A stretch of DNA of 64,000 bases from Candidatus Cloacimonadales bacterium (GTDB taxonomy: Bacteria; Cloacimonadota; Cloacimonadia; Cloacimonadales; JAIOQZ01), in the NCBI GenBank assembly GCA_963665815.1, contig OY762463.1:2464001-2528000 (forward strand), written 5' to 3'. The position numbers and the translations under genes are program-made. The notes beneath the pieces were generated by a model. It had not been told where the DNA came from. It saw only the letters and a program-made list of their open reading frames with translations, and searched no databases. Within the stretch, counting starts at the first letter, position 1; each line of letters starts with the position of its first letter. Positions 63,249 through 64,000 of the stretch are shown here, piece after piece.

Positions 63249-64000
63249 CGTACAATCCTGTCTCCTTACTCCATATTATAGCTAAACTGAGCTCATTAGT
63301 GAGAAACGGTCAAGAAAATTCTGAGTCAACCGTCCGGTTGTCTCTACGCGTATAGCAGGACTGCACAGACTGGTGCAGACAATGTTCTCCCTAATATATC
63401 TCTGGATGTATTCTAACAGAAACATCTACGTTAATTCTGGATGTATTTCTTCGAAAACATCTACGGGGAAATGTCGAGTATACGAGACAGAGGGTAAAAT
63501 ATCCGCAACAATGATTATAGTCCCTACAGACGCAGCATCTTGCGACGGAAGTAAGTCATGCAATACTATGAATTAAGTACAAATAGAAAAGCCAGGAATG
63601 ATTTCCCGGCTTTGCAAATGCTTTGTAAGTCCATAAATATGGAACTGAAATTACTATTCTGTTTTGTACATTGCTTTGATAGAGTCCGGTATTACAAGCC
63701 ATGATTGAGTGTTATATATCATTTTTCTATCACTGTACATTGTTTGAAAATTGTAATAACCTTTTACTTTATAATCCTTAATGAATAATGCATCATCCCA
63801 GAAACGAGGATCAGAAATGATGTATCTAATACAAAGATAAACAGAACCATTGTGTCCTTTAGTGGTGAGATAATTTGCTGCCAGATCGGAATCAGAGCTT
63901 ACATGAAGAACTGTAAATGTCTGGATTAGCTCTGAAAAGAAATTTATCCTTAAGTAATCAAAAATCTCTTCAAAACTGTTATGAGATATGGTAGTTAGTA
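63249..64000. repeat. tandem duplication unit 2 (runs off the window)
   Basis: Near-identical to 61738 onward, lacking the MITE and carrying one extra REP-like hairpin. Confidence 0.9.
63654..64000 (-). CDS. 3' part of a near-identical paralogue of 62366-63175 (partial)
   Basis: 63651-64000 aligns to 62366-62715 with about 8 substitutions counted by eye; one turns the last codon into TAG. Confidence 0.85.
   Translation of the reverse strand, partial: LTTISHNSFEEIFDYLRINFFSELIQTFTVLHVSSDSDLAANYLTTKGHNGSVYLCIRYIISDPRFWDDALFIKDYKVKGYYNFQTMYSDRKMIYNTQSWLVIPDSIKAMYKTE

Noticed and set aside
61738-63650. CRISPR array
   Set aside because: No regularly spaced identical repeats with unique spacers, and no cas genes.
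62366-64000. Diversity-generating retroelement (TR/VR pair)
   Set aside because: The differences between copies are not adenine-specific on either strand, the duplication includes the intergenic DNA, and no reverse transcriptase is present.

Overview
AT-rich chromosomal window from a diderm bacterium. SprA, LPS heptosyltransferase-type GT9s, sigma-54 activators and a DnaQ-DinG fusion suggest a non-Bacteroidota FCB-group lineage such as Cloacimonadota; this is inference only. Most of the window is housekeeping: dinG, alaS, tRNA-Leu-tig-clpP-clpX, sppA, an NtrY/NtrX-like pair, ruvB, coaX, sprA, tetR-MATE, a poly-HAMP chemoreceptor, purE and an MCE/Mla transporter. Accessory patches lie at about 1-5.5 kb, 44-50.3 kb and 60.7-64 kb. 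The best leads are: (1) an MCE operon whose PqiC-like lipoprotein appears fused to Ig-like domains and a putative outer-membrane beta-barrel; (2) an atypical soluble GAF-histidine kinase, stand-alone receiver and membrane protein triad; (3) a sigma-54-promoted PDZ-beta-barrel gene beside a sigma-54 two-component system and sppA; (4) a P-loop/TPR/GAF/sigma-54 activator giant; (5) a terminal tandem duplication whose spacer is built of GTAG-type REP hairpins, carries a 256-bp MITE in one copy and abuts an unannotated Rhs-core remnant (QEDHYYPFG). No CRISPR array, transposase, integrase or rRNA was seen. All domain calls come from motif reading by eye, not database searches.
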